Below are positions 10,471 through 23,277 of a stretch of DNA of 63,988 nucleotides, in pieces. Source of the DNA: Hyphochytrium catenoides (taxonomy: Eukaryota; Protista; Hyphochytriomycota); NCBI GenBank assembly GCA_900088475.1, contig FLMG01003780.1, positions 16,685 to 80,672 on the forward strand. Direction: 5' to 3'. The notes under the pieces were generated by a model. That model saw only the letters and a list, made by a program, of their open reading frames with translations. It was not told the DNA's origin and ran no database searches. The translations under genes and the position numbers were made by a program. Position 1 is the stretch's first letter. Every line of letters begins with the position of its first letter.

Positions 10471-13400
10471 AGAAGCTTGTATCCGGGTACGCCTGTATCT
10501 CGTTGCTGCTTCTTTGTCATCTCTCCCTGTCTAAACCTAGTACGCCTAAAGTACCAAAATTCTCTCTGTCTCGAGAGAGCTTGACTCTGTCTGTGGATCT
10601 ACTTTTGACTTCTCAGGCGCCTCTGTCCAAGAGGCAGGGCAGGAAGCAAGAGGGAGCATGGAGAGGAAGAGAAGAGAGGACGGCACGCAAAAAATGGATA
10701 TCAGATCCAAGACCTGCAAGAAAGAAGGACTAGAGAGATATGGATCCCTGAGACAGAGCAAGACTATTTTACCTTTGTAACCTTTATAAGAGTTGTGAGA
10801 GATAGGTCACTCCACGAGACAGAGAGGGAAGAGTGAGACATGAGAGAAGGAGCTTGGAGAGGCCAGAGTTATTATGCCTGTCTTCCAGCTGTACTCCCTT
10901 GTACCTGAACATATCGAGTGCCAGCCATCTACAAAACCTGTCACTTTACATATATAGTATATTGTAGCCTAGCACACCGCGACGGTTGCCACATTCTCGC
11001 AGAACATGTACTCGTACTACATTCAATGTACACATCCCGCTTCACTTGTAGGCAGATTCTGATTAGCTACAGCTAGAGATGAGATTATCCTGTATATGAA
11101 TTTTCCTATAACTAATAGTCTGCAGAATGACAAATTGATACTTTAGGGAAACTGTAACGGAACGCAGTGTTCTGTAATATAAGGTACCGGAGGAGGTCTG
11201 GGCTCTCACCCTCTTTATTCTTCTGCTTGCGAGTACTTCTGCGTGCATGACAGCATCACCATCATCAGCTCCATCATCCTCGGCCTTACTTGTTGAGATT
11301 CTATTCTTCTCTCAGGATTCCCTCCTCGCCCAGAGCGCCATCCTCTCATCTTCAAAGCCCACCATGTCCCATGTCCGCCTTCTTGTCCAACTCTCCACTG
11401 GCTTGTTGGCTTCCCTTTCATGAGTTTGAGCAGCAGCAGAATGCTACTACACAATTCTGTACGAAGGAGCGACACAAGCTAATGAATGGCAGACCCTACT
11501 ATTCTTGGACCCATCGTGGCCTGGTCTTTAGGCCTTTAGGTCTCCTTGGGAGCGATGAGCTCGCTCATTTCCTGCTTTGTACAGCACAGCTGAAGCTGCA
11601 GAGCTCCCAGTGATTGATGAAGAGAGATTCCCAATAAGCGCCGATACCTGCACTTGCTCAAGGAATGAACTCGCTGTTCTACGGAATGTATGATTGGACA
11701 CTCGCGGTGAGGCCAAACAGGTGAGGCCAAAACAGAAAGGTAAGGAGATGGCGCTCCTTGTCAATCAGCTCCACACTGGCCTCGTCGGCCCTCATCATTC
11801 CTTCCCCCTGCTGCTCGCCAGTTGCTACGCGGCTCCATCAGAAGACTTGGCTGCGGTCGGAATTGGCTGCAGTCATCAATCATCTGTCTGGCTCTGTCTG
11901 ATGAGTGACGTAGAAGGCGCCATTGTTCATGGTCCTTGCCTGGGTGAGTGGACAGGAAGCAACCCAAATAGACGACTGGTTGAGACACAGCGAGAAACCT
12001 GCCAAAGTTTATAAAAAGAGGTGTCCGACTGCACTCAAGGTTGTTCGCGACGAAAGCTTTTGAATAGCTAGTACAAGTAGGGTCACTATAGGAAGGGCGA
12101 GGCAAAGGAACTCAAAGTTTCTTGCTTCAACGTTATTTTAAAATCGATCACCACCCAGCAGATTGCCGTCCTCGTCGATAGCTCGCCAAAAGAACAAACC
12201 ACTTCTACATTCTGCTATGGACGGGCCAGCCGGATGCTGTCCCTATGATGGAGCCGGCTCAAGGACAACCCCTGATCGCACGCATCTTGTCTTGGTGCTA
12301 TGTTTGTCGACCTACTAAAGCCTGAAACCTGCCGACATAATAGGATTCTTGCTGCTGCTGATGAAGAGAGACACGTCGTCATCATCAGCCTTCGGTTTCT
12401 ATAGTATTTGTGTAGATTGCTATGGAATCGAAATTGCAGCAGCAAAGGCGTTTGGCATCACGACGGTGAAACTCGAGAAGGCTATCAAAGACCTGAACTC
12501 TATCTAGTTATGAGGGCTGTCGCCAGCACACACGAAGCAGAAGCTAGCAACGCATAACAGTGGATTGCGCCGCTAACCTATTATCCATGAGAAGCAAGTG
12601 GCCAACAGAAAAAGAAGTCCTGTGCTCAAGCTGCAGCTAGCCACGCTACTCCTTCATAGAAGATGTAAGCTTGAGAGCAATATTCGAAAGTGCTTGTTGG
12701 AAGCGGCGTTGATTGCCGAGCGTATATCTACGGGCAAGGAAGGGAAGGGCATTGTGACTATGAGGAACTTACCTGGACCGCCTGCTACACTATGGTAGCA
12801 TGCGGGCTGGGAATAAAGACAAAGCAGGACAGAAGAAGATGCCAACCTCCTCCGAAAGCCAGGCCCTCCTTCTTTACCCTTCCACGTCCTGCCTTATCTA
12901 ACCGCAGCAGATTTGAGGCAAGATGACTGGGCCCAAGTGGTCGCCCACTCACGGGTTTGAGCTTACTATCCACATACATACTGTCGAAGCGTCGGGTTCC
13001 AGGAACTATCTTCGACTCAATTTCGATTTTTATAAACCTTTGGATGATCCTGAAGGACGATGATGTCCCGAGCAGCAGCGGAACTGAGGTAGGAGGTGGG
13101 GTCGGACTTCGCCCCAGACGGTACTAAAGAGCAGGGGGACCAAGAATCATATCCGGTCCCTGTATGTGATGCACAGAGTGGAGAGGCAAAGAAGAAGAAG
13201 ATGCAATTCTAGATGTTAACGAAGGTGGAGAGGAGGAGGCTATTTCCCCTATATCCCCACAGACGGATGAAGCAACGCCAGGCCACGGCTCCGTCCAATT
13301 AAGCTGCCCAAGAGATACAGGCAGGATGATGAGAACATCTACTTCGTCGTGTCAACCCTCCTTTCCTCCATTCTTTACCTTCACCCTCAAAACTACAAGG

Positions 13401-16177
13401 ATTGACTTGTCTCATCCTCATCATCAAAGTCGTTTTTGTCTTCTTCCAGAGAGCAGGGCAGATCTTAGAGACGCTATTCATAAGAGGTGCCCCCGTTCTC
13501 GGTCGTTCTTTCTTCAGTGACTTAACCCCATTCAGAGAGATCAAGCTCAGCAAGGAAAGGAGAGCAGCAGGACCAGACTAGCTCCCTTGTCTGGAAATCA
13601 GCCATGGAAGAGACCTTTCGTGTCAGTGCTCTTTCGCCTCCAAAGGGCGGTCTTGCATACTCCTCTTGGTCCGGCACAACGTACTACCACTTGCCTTCTT
13701 TGGCTCTATCCTCCTTCATTTCTATTAGTACTCCATCCACCAAGCTCTGGGGCATTTTATCATCATTATCCTGCTCTTCTTCGTCACATCGTCCTGGCAG
13801 TCTCACCATATCCTACTAGCCTGATTATGAATCTAATATCTTACTACGCTGCTGGCAAAAGATCAGGGAAATGCTTATCCATAGCCTTACCGTGGTAGGA
13901 GGAAGAAAGGAGGAGAAGGTGGAGTACTGATAAGTATGATGCCAGGATGGTGTGACGGGAAGAAGAGAAGGAACGCCTGCCGAGCACGAGCTCCTGGTCA
14001 GCACTGCTTAAGCTAATAAAGGGCTGGCATTAGGAAGAACGAGATCAGGACCACCAAAGGCATTCTGTGTTATATTATCGCCCACCAACGCGCATTTATT
14101 CTCCTCAGCAGCATCCTGGGTCGGCAACATCAATCGTGATTGTCATTGCCACCAGAAGAAAAACAGTCGCCCCGTTTCAGTCACAACTCTCTAGCTGATC
14201 GTCAAAGCCAGAACGAAGAAGGGGAGAAGTCTCCATCACATCATCACTGTTCGCCGCCGACGTCGCTAGTCTCTTCGCCATCGGTCTTCACCACATCAGC
14301 ATCCCTGACCGGCGTCATTGCTAGGAAGGAGGAGGAGAAGAGACTCTTCTTCCTTCAGCCTTCTTATTAAGTCAATCATCACTATCAATGGCCGTCTTAT
14401 CATCAACTCCTACGGCGAGGAGCTCTACGGCGTCGCTCATCTTTATTAAAATCTTCATTTCTGCAGACGTCTTCATCCAAGCTTCAACTGGCCTTTCTGC
14501 TGTACTGACGGTGTAGACAGGCACATACACATGACACGACTACAACGCCTGGGGATATAATAAAAGTGGGAAGCCCAGATCCCCATTTCGTTGCAATATT
14601 TTATATCTGTAGCAAGGGACTTCAGAATCCGCATGACATTCTTTCGATAAAGTGCTAAGAGTTATCCTTGGACCTCAAAACCTTGAGGTTAATATAAGGA
14701 ATACAGAAGGGCTAGCCATGTTATTGTCGTATAATGAGGTGTGATCATCCCACACTTTCTTATGGGCTGTGTGAGACAGGGACAAGACTTCTTCAACCTT
14801 CCAGGCCGTTCAACTGCCTGCCTGGAGGAGACCTGTGTAAAAGGATCGAATTGCCTTTGTCATAGATTTTATACCTTGACTCAGGGTATCAGCGGTCCAG
14901 GGGCATCTCTCATGCCTCTGTCTCCCATTGACCATAGAACAACTCCAACGGTAAGTTTATCTCTTGCACCTCGTACTTTCGATATAATCTTCCACACAAA
15001 CGTCAATTCCATCATTTTGGCCTGGTGTAGACCGAACGAACCTAAATAACCTAAGAAACGTCTTGCCTCAGCCCCACAGCCGCAAACAGCACAGGATATT
15101 ACCAAGGGCCACATAACACTGGGATAGTAGTCTCTAACATTCAAGCCTATAAGTCCTTATCCCAGTGCTGTCTGTTGTCTGTCCTCTCCTGCTGCAGTCG
15201 ATGCTCATCCATAGCGACAGATCCACTTGAGGGAGAGTCTGCATGAGGCTCCTACAGGAGAGGGAAAGGCAGAGACAGAGTGACAGTTATCTGAAGTCTT
15301 ATTAGGGATTCTCAGTGTGAAAGAGAGAGGCAGAGGAGAGTTAGAGGAAGTGCACATGGTCGGACAGTTAGAGGAAGAAACATGGAAGGCAATCAGGGTC
15401 AGAAAACGGTGCCTGTCCTTGTACTTCCACGAGTAAGACAAGGTAGTGAAAGGAGGAGGGAAATAGGGGATGTGCAGCAAGAGAGAGAGGTAAAAGGAAG
15501 AGTTCGAAAGGGAGCGAGCTTGCTTGAGGAAGAGGAATAAGACGAGATAGAAGCAAGGAAGAAGCATGTTTTTGGATCGTTCTACAAGTGCGAGTGAGTA
15601 CGGAACGGGATGGATGAGTGCATGCAACGCTGGCCAGACCCGCACGGCATATTTGAAGGCAAGCCACTCTGCTTGCCCCTTCCCTTCCTTGCTCTTCTTT
15701 GCCCTTGCTGACTCCTCTCTTCACCCCTTCCCGCTTCCCTTCTCTCCCTTCTCTTCCCCACTTCCTGTGATGAGCTGGAGCTATTCCAGACAGTTCCTGG
15801 TAGATAAGAGCAAGCTACCTAGAGGAGTGAACAAACAGTACCACAATAGAAGACAGAGTGGCTCCAAGAGAAGAGCGGGTTAGGTCCGTGACTCGAGAGT
15901 GTGGTTGTGGGACCCCGCAAAGTAAACGACCGGCTCTGGGGCGAAACACGAAGACACGCTCAAGACAGGCGGAACCAGACAGTCATCAGACAGGCAAACG
16001 GGGAGAGGAAGAGAGCAGATGAGGTCCAGACAGCCACTAAGGAAGCCAAGCAAAGAGACAACCATAATCTCTCTTTCCCGCAAGCAGCTACGACGGCGGC
16101 GGACGGTCAACCTCGCTTCCTCGTTCAATTTGTGGACCTAAGCAGAAAGAAAGGGAAAGAGAGAAGTTTCCGATAAG

Positions 16178-17720
16178 ATGGTAGACGGCGCCCTTGGAAG
16201 CTCCTCTTCCGAGCAACCTCTGGAAGTAGAGTTCGTTGCTCCTTCTCAGGCAGAGTTTACATCTCAGGCTGCGCCTCCAGAAGAGAGCGGCCTAACTGGG
16301 CCAGCCGACATCGTAGCTATGCAAGACAGAAAGGAAGAGCGTCATGTTACAGAGTCCATCGAGATATCAGAAAAGGACGTTAGAAAGGATGAGGTTAGAC
16401 AGCTAAGTGGCACTAACTGTGTCGGGACACGAGAAGCACTAGATGAATCCGAGACAGAGGTTATGAGAGACAGTCAGTCTGAGAGTCAAGACAGTCAAGA
16501 AGTTAGAGGTGGGTTCGGCGACCGTAAGGAGACAGAGGAGAGCGACAGATGTTCTCTGCCCATACACGCAGCCGATGCTGGCTGCGGTGACGGATTACAG
16601 AAAAGCGAGACACCTACATTAAAAGTGGGGACCATGTCTTCAACAACGGAGTTTGAACCGCTCCTCTCAGTAGAAGGTAAATTAGCAGCAGAAACAAGAG
16701 AAGCACAAGAGAAAGAGGACACCGAGGCTCTTGAGGTCCTCTGTGCGTCTCCCTACAGAGATGAGGAAGGGGAAGCGGACCAAGACGAGGAGGAAACGGT
16801 TCCTTGCACCTGGCGGTGCTCTCTGCCAAGAAAGCGTAGAAGACACGGAAGAGTTTACCGTGACCCTACCTCGGGAAGTTTCTCAGCTGACTCTGTCCAG
16901 GTAGTAGGTAGTTCGTGGTCTTCCGAGGACGTGAGCGCGAGCAGCGAGCAACAGCCATCGTTCTCGTCCGCTTCATGCCCTCTCTCACGACGACGGAAGA
17001 GACTGAGGGCGGGGCGAGGGACGGCTTTTGGCTATAGAAAGGGCCAAGCAACAACTCTACTCCTCTCTGTCCCGCAGCCAGAACCTGCTGATTACTGTCC
17101 AACTCATAAGAGCAGCGCGGCGGCAGCGCCCACCACCATGACCAGAAGTGAGGGCCGAGGGCTCAGCCTTCCTACTTCTTTATTGTATGCTAAGGTAAGC
17201 TTCTAGAACGTTTTAGAGCCATGGCTAAGACAAGAGGCAGGCAAAGGTAGCACTCGAATTAGACAATGCGGGAACGGAAGGAGTGTGGACAAGTCAAAGG
17301 AGGAGAGGGAGACGTTATGGGACGACCCTCCTGTTTGTTTAGGTCAAGCTCTCTTAATATATTTGTTCGCTAATCGCCCGCTTCCCCGTAGCCGTCCTTC
17401 AAGAAGAAAGCAGCTTCTTGCGGTCAGTCATTGCCCATGCCAAAGGTCAGTAGACCCATGCCTGTCCACTTCCCATGTCTTCAGAGTCATGCGCTATTTG
17501 TAACTAACACCAGGCTTGCTTCCCTTTATTATCTCAGATTCCTGCGCTTCGTGCTATGGAGCGTGCCAGCTTACTTGGCTATCAGTTGCATGACTCCTAC
17601 TGCCCCTGGGAGGGCGAGGAAGAAAATAGACTGGTAGGCTGGAGCTTTCCTTGGTTCCAGCCAGGCGCAGTGGGACTCCTGCCGCTCGCGCCGGGATCGC
17701 TGCTGCCAGGACCAGCTTAA
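16178..17720 (+). CDS. Acidic low-complexity hypothetical protein (probably 2 exons)
   Basis: 342-codon Glu/Ser-rich ORF with basic NLS-like clusters (RKRRR, RRRKR). A strong donor AAG|GTAAGC at 17194/5 joins an in-phase exon 17538-17720 ending in TAA. No recognisable domain. Confidence 0.55.
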
Positions 17721-18607
17721 CAGAGATTAGGAGGCCATAGGTTATATTGTAAATATCTGTTAATGTGTAGCACTATCACCCAGCAAGTCCTTAAGCTCGT
17801 TCACTCTCATTCTCGAGACATGTTGCCTTCCTCGCTTCACAACTGCTTGGTCACTCTGTACAAGAGGGACCTCATTCGTCGGAGCTATTGTCAAAAGCAA
17901 GCGGTTGCTTAGCCACGCATACGTGGTCCTCCACCTCTACCTAATTCTATGCTGTGAAGCTTGAGGCACACTCTCTCTCAGGATAGAGAAGCCACGCTTG
18001 CACATTACCAGTGCCTTCCATTCCAGCTTATAGTTCGTTGTAATGCACACGCCTGATCAAAAACTCTAATGATGCTCGAGACAACCATCCTCTAGCGTGA
18101 GAAACTTATCAGGCCCAAGGTCTCGCGCCATCTTTTGGCTCTGTTCCTTCAGAGCATCAAGACAGACAACAGCCAATGACCCCAACGCTCAGAAGAACTC
18201 AATAAAGGTCTGCGCAAGGACCGTTTACTCTTTAGCCTTTAGATTTCTCGGGGCCTTGTCCAGAGCTTTTCGCAGCCTTTTCAGAGCAAAAAGGTAGACA
18301 AGAGGCAGGAGGAGAATGAGAGACACACTTTTCAGAGGAACCCCAGGAGTCAAGCATTCACCAGACCTACCCTCAGCGTTGATATGAGGTGAATTCAGGC
18401 TTCCTCCTGGATCGCGTGGGAACTGAATGGTGGGCTATGGCCAAGTATGGGGAATATTGTAGAGACCATCGGGGAAGACGGAGCGAGGATGAAGATTATT
18501 GCCCAGAAAGTCAATAAGTATATGGAGATTCAGCTCGCAACAACGAGCCTGCGCAAGCCTCTGAGTATGCACTCTATGGTATAGAGGGTAAGTGTACCAT
18601 AGGAAGG

Positions 18608-19253
18608 ATGCAGAGGGCCGCTGTCATTATCGGAACAACCCTTGGGCGTGTGCCTTCGAGGACAGTTCTCAAGAAGTTTCAGAACCATCCAGCCAACCTT
18701 AAGCGCCTTGCTAAACTCGGCATTAAGCCTAAGCGAGTGCAAGAAATCGAGTCTATCTCACCTTTAGTGTATAAGCCTACCTACAAGCCTCCTCTGGTGG
18801 CATTCAATGGCTGGAGCCCAGCACCGCCCGCAGAAGTTGCGGCAGAATTGCTTAAGGATGTCCCATTTCGAGTATGTTAGCACTGCTTTAAAACGCTTGG
18901 CAAGGCGTGACAAGAAGCTCATTTGTCTCGCGTGTGATCTCTTATTGCAGGTAGAGCGGACTGGCAATAAGTTCCTTCCTATCTATAGTGACTACAAGAA
19001 TGGCAACACGCGGGCGCTGACGATAGTGAGGAAGATCTCTGGAGATCTAAATGTAGGTGTCTGCTTCTCGTGTTCGGAAGTTTCTCTCTTAAGTCATCAT
19101 TCTAATCTCCCCGCTCCGTACCGCTAGATATTCAGTAAGGAGCTGTCCAAAGTATGCGAAGGCCGGCCAGTAGTAAAGAAGCATAACCATGTGGAAGTGA
19201 AGGGCAATCATAGCGTTCGAGTTAGAAAATGGTTAGTTGGTTTGGGCTTTTAA
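18608..19253 (+). CDS. MRPL49: Mitochondrial ribosomal protein mL49 (Img2)
   Basis: Exons 18608-18871, 18951-19052, 19128-19253 give PFR|VERTGNKFLPIYSDYKNGNTRALTIVRKISGDLN|IFSKEL...VEVKGNHSVRVRKWLVGLGF*, the typical Img2/L49 signature, preceded by a basic N-terminal presequence. Confidence 0.92.
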
Positions 19254-21546
19254 GCCTCGCACGTTTACCTGCACATGGCACTTTCGAAGCGTCGTTCCAT
19301 GCTGGATGGCGATCAAAGACGGCCCCTACTTACGGAGCTGTAAGTAGACATCTTTGGATTGCTGATCCGTTATCGCATTGGCCGTTACCCTCAGGAACGT
19401 GTGATCGCACAGGAAAAAAGGAGGGAAATGAGGCCAGCACACGCAGGCACTATGTATATTTCGCTATTAATCTGAAGTGCGATGCAGTGGGATCTTCGTC
19501 AAAGGCGCTGTGCATCTCTCTTGAGCCTCTTATGGTGGTCCGCGCCTGCCTCATAAATATTTCTTCACTCTCCTGCTACTCTGTAAGCACGAAGTTCTGA
19601 GACTGCTTCCCCCTGTTAACTGTATGCTGAGGAAGGAGCAGCATCTTTCTACCAAGTCGGCAAAAACTATCACCCTTGCCATAAATACCTATCGTTAGCC
19701 TCTCCCGTATAAGAGTCTTTAATGCCAGCTGGCCCAACCATACCTATACCTAGGAAAACGGCTAATATTCGGCAGTGCGACGCCAGACAAAGCCCCGGAT
19801 CTAAGGAGCTGCTGGTGCATAAGTGACCGGATGATAGCCGCCCCCACCCCAAAACCCCAAGTTGAAGCGCAGGCACAAAATGCGACCTACTTTGCGATGA
19901 TAGGAAGACTGTTGAAGATGTTGCCGTCCGCTATACGGTATTAGTGTTTTGGGATAGCGAAGGCTAAGCCGGGGCCAGGGTTTCCTAAGACAGCCTCATA
20001 CTGACGTCTCTCCCACACTGAACGACCCTGCCGGACCGCCGGGGAATAGTTTAGTTAGTGGACAGAACTTATGCATTGTGGATCTCGTCAGCCATAGCAT
20101 ATATCTTCGGCACTATGCGCGGCGATTACCAATAAAGAAATTCCGTATCGGCCTCTGCTTAACCAAGCTCTGGTAGGAGAGAAGAGAATACATGGATGGT
20201 CTATTAGCAGGAGCAAGCAGCTTGCCGAAGAGTGATAACTCTTTCCATAGTGACATGCCCTTGGAGTACACTAGAGCCCTAGGGATGTCCGAACACTGCC
20301 CTACGAACTCTGTTAGAGACTGAACCGCGAATCGAAAGGCTTCAAATGGTGGCATTATTACTATGACGTTGAGTTAAAGCGACACATGACACGTGCGCTG
20401 CTGCAATAGAAACTACACTCTTTGATAAGCCTGGCCTGCTTGTCGCCGCATCTCGTCGGTCCCAGCACAGACGGCTAATGCCTCGTAGTAGTGTCCGGAA
20501 CCCCAACCCTATGCGGTCTTTATTAGTGGGATCAGTTCGGATTCCTCTTTCATTGATCCCTTGTGAACAGTGCAACACCAATCTCTTTCTCTTTATCCTG
20601 TGCGTCGACGATAACAGGAGAGCCTTTGACCTTTGATACCTAGGATGTGAGGAGCACGTTGTAGCTCATAACCCTCAGGTTTTGAGTACGAGAAACAGCA
20701 CAAGCACGCAACCGATTTGTGTGAGCAGTACTCTCCCATGTTTGTCGAAGAGTGCCCAACATTTCAAGTAAAAAGTGTCCGTGATTGACACGAAATCCCC
20801 CATGTCCACGAAAATAAACTCGTCTGTCTCTGTGCATCGACAACACCACGCTGTTTTTAGATTTTAGAATAGGGATAGATCCTTTCCGAATGACAGCATC
20901 TTTTTTCACCATATTCGCCGTGCAGTTTTGTTACTGTACAATGGTACTGCTGGCTCCGAGTTCTATTTTGGTCTATAGAAAATGTGAGACAGAAATAGGT
21001 CTAGCCTTACTACAGCACCCGCAGTTGTTAGGCATTTCTACACACAGGTGCTCGGTTCAGCCAATCAGCGTTGGCCTTTGGGTTCCTGCCTCTCATCCGA
21101 TCCGCATCATGGTTGACGGAAAGACTACCGAAAAGAGTATTTTTAGCAGGGGCGGTCAAGATTTAGGAATGGTGGGGCCGTTCTTCGCTGGTATGCACCT
21201 TCATAAATAGATCCAAGAGGTTAAAGTCTCGGAAGGTAAGAAAGGTATGCGAAAGAGCGAGGACAGGGAAGAGGCACAGACATAGCATTGGAAATTCAGT
21301 TTCCCTCAATTGAAACAGAACAGAACCTCAACCTCAGGACTATTACTACTTGTGTTGAACCGATGTTCTGTACGATCCTCATAATCCATAGCCTTATTAC
21401 TAATCCATTTCAGCCCGCCTCTGCCCCTTCTGAAAAAACATTCTCATTCTTCAACTTCCAACGCAATCCTGAACCCGCCCAACGCAAAAGCGATTACTGC
21501 AGACCTTAGAGAGAGACCATCCCGTCAAAACAAGAGATCGACCAGG

Positions 21547-22062
21547 ATGAGTACCATGACGATATCCTCGTTAAATCCATACGCACCAGAGTTTGTGCCG
21601 ACTGTTCATGCCCGCCGAGCCTGTGAGCCGGGACCTAATGGATTCATCCTCATGGAGACGAATGCCTCCTTACCCTACGTAAATGTTCCAGACGAGGAGC
21701 TTTTCGACCAGCATCTCTATCCTGTCACCGAGAGCGACTTGGAGGAGCTAATTGCAGCAGATGCGATGAACGAGTACCTCGCAGAGCTCGAGCTGATGGA
21801 GAGGGAAGAAGAGCTCCATTTTCTTCTCCATTCTAAAATCGATAGAAATGTCGTTCAGAAGCTGGTACAAGCAGCAGCTAACAGAAGAAACAACCATCAG
21901 CAGGCTGGCCGCAAAGTGCAGGGCCACAAGCATCAGCAGTCTGACGTCAATGCCGCCAAGCTGAAGGCCAAGGCCGACATGAAGAAGATGATGAAATCAT
22001 CGAACAACTCGCCCCGCGCTTCTCAACGTCGCCACATTCAGCAGCCTTCCAACCATCGGTAA
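21547..22062 (+). CDS. PAM2-motif (PABP-interacting) protein, PAIP2/ERD15-like
   Basis: Intronless 171 aa. N-terminal SSLNPYAPEFVP matches the PAM2 consensus, followed by an acidic middle (VPDEELFD) and a basic C-terminus ending HIQQP. Confidence 0.8.
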   Translation: MSTMTISSLNPYAPEFVPTVHARRACEPGPNGFILMETNASLPYVNVPDEELFDQHLYPVTESDLEELIAADAMNEYLAELELMEREEELHFLLHSKIDRNVVQKLVQAAANRRNNHQQAGRKVQGHKHQQSDVNAAKLKAKADMKKMMKSSNNSPRASQRRHIQQPSNHR

Positions 22063-22842
22063 GCCTGGTAGGGTGGCCGGTCACGGTTACAGCTCCTTTC
22101 AAGAAAGAAAAGAAAAATATACGGGTAACGAAAGAGGCAGCCTTGAGCTGTCAATGCAAGAAGCAGACTTCCAGTTTCTGCCAAAGCCATTCCAAGCTGA
22201 AGAGCTGAACCCAGGTTAGGGTTAGTACTAGTTCTACTTGTTAGCTATCAAATAGGGCATATGGGAGAGCCGCTCTGTGTTGGCGTCTGTCATGCCCACG
22301 CTTATACCATAAAAATGTAAGATAACGATGTAAAAGGAGGTGTAACTTTAACATATTGAACGTGCCTGAGTGTCACCTTGCCCTTTCTCTCTCTGTCTCT
22401 CTCTTCAGGACAGTCATTGGGCGCAAGTCGTTAACACTTTCCTCGTTTCCTTCCCCTCCGATGCTGTCGTTGTCATTGACCCTAATCTCTTCCTTTTCCT
22501 TCGCCTTCTCATACTCTCGTTGTCGTCTCCTAGGGTATCTATAGCACCCTGCCCAGTCCCTTGATATGAGCCAGCTTCAGAACTAGGCAATCAAGGGAGA
22601 GGCGCTCCTGGCTGATGCATTGATCATAAACGCCACAGTCTAGCGTCTGATATGATTGTGTTTAGAGCTAGAAACAGTGCCTTTGCTGCAAGCTGACGCT
22701 TCAGAAGAAAAAGCCACTAACACATCATAAGAAAGAATAAAGAACGAGAGACAGGTAAACTGCGCTGTTGGAAAAAGATCTTGACTACAAAGATGGGAAA
22801 GCAAAAGCTACCAGGAAAGAGGTCCGATAAAGCTTGAGCTAT

Positions 22843-23277
22843 TTAGCCATGTGACTGAGGGCCATGAAAAACAGCCTCAATGTTGTTGCCATCCAGATCG
22901 TAGACAAACGCTCCATAATAATTTGGATGATAGTGAGCCCTGATGCCAGGCTTTCCGTTATCCCTGCCGCCAGCTTTGATGGCAGCTTCATAGAATTGAT
23001 CCACCTCTTCCTGGCTCTTTGCTCGGAAGGCTACATGCACATTGGTATTCGCATGAAGAGCCGAGTCGCTCTTGGAAGATGTTGCCTCTTTCCCCTCTTT
23101 CAACCAAGATATCCAGAAGTCTGGAGAGCCTGGGACACCAAAGCCAGCAACCAGGTGTTCCCCATCTTTCACTTTCATGTCATAAATAAGCTCATATCCA
23201 AGAGGAGCCAGGGCCGTCAGGTAGAATGCCTTACTCTTCTCATAATCAGCCACGCTAAAGCCAATGTGGTCCAACAT
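22843..23277 (-). CDS. VOC-superfamily glyoxalase/bleomycin-resistance protein
   Basis: Intronless 144 aa: MLDHIGFSVADYEKSKAFY...HVAFRA...VDQFYEAAIKAGGRDNGKPGIRAHYHPNYYGAFVYDLDGNNIEAV. Confidence 0.93.
   Translation of the reverse strand: MLDHIGFSVADYEKSKAFYLTALAPLGYELIYDMKVKDGEHLVAGFGVPGSPDFWISWLKEGKEATSSKSDSALHANTNVHVAFRAKSQEEVDQFYEAAIKAGGRDNGKPGIRAHYHPNYYGAFVYDLDGNNIEAVFHGPQSHG

Noticed and set aside
14850-14900. YPESRYKIYDK resembling the Ty3/gypsy RNase H 'YxxYDKELLA' motif
   Set aside because: ELLA is absent and no RT, integrase or LTR was found nearby, so no mobile element was called.
22209-22226. GGTTAGGGTTAG telomere-like sequence
   Set aside because: Under two full units; compatible with chance.
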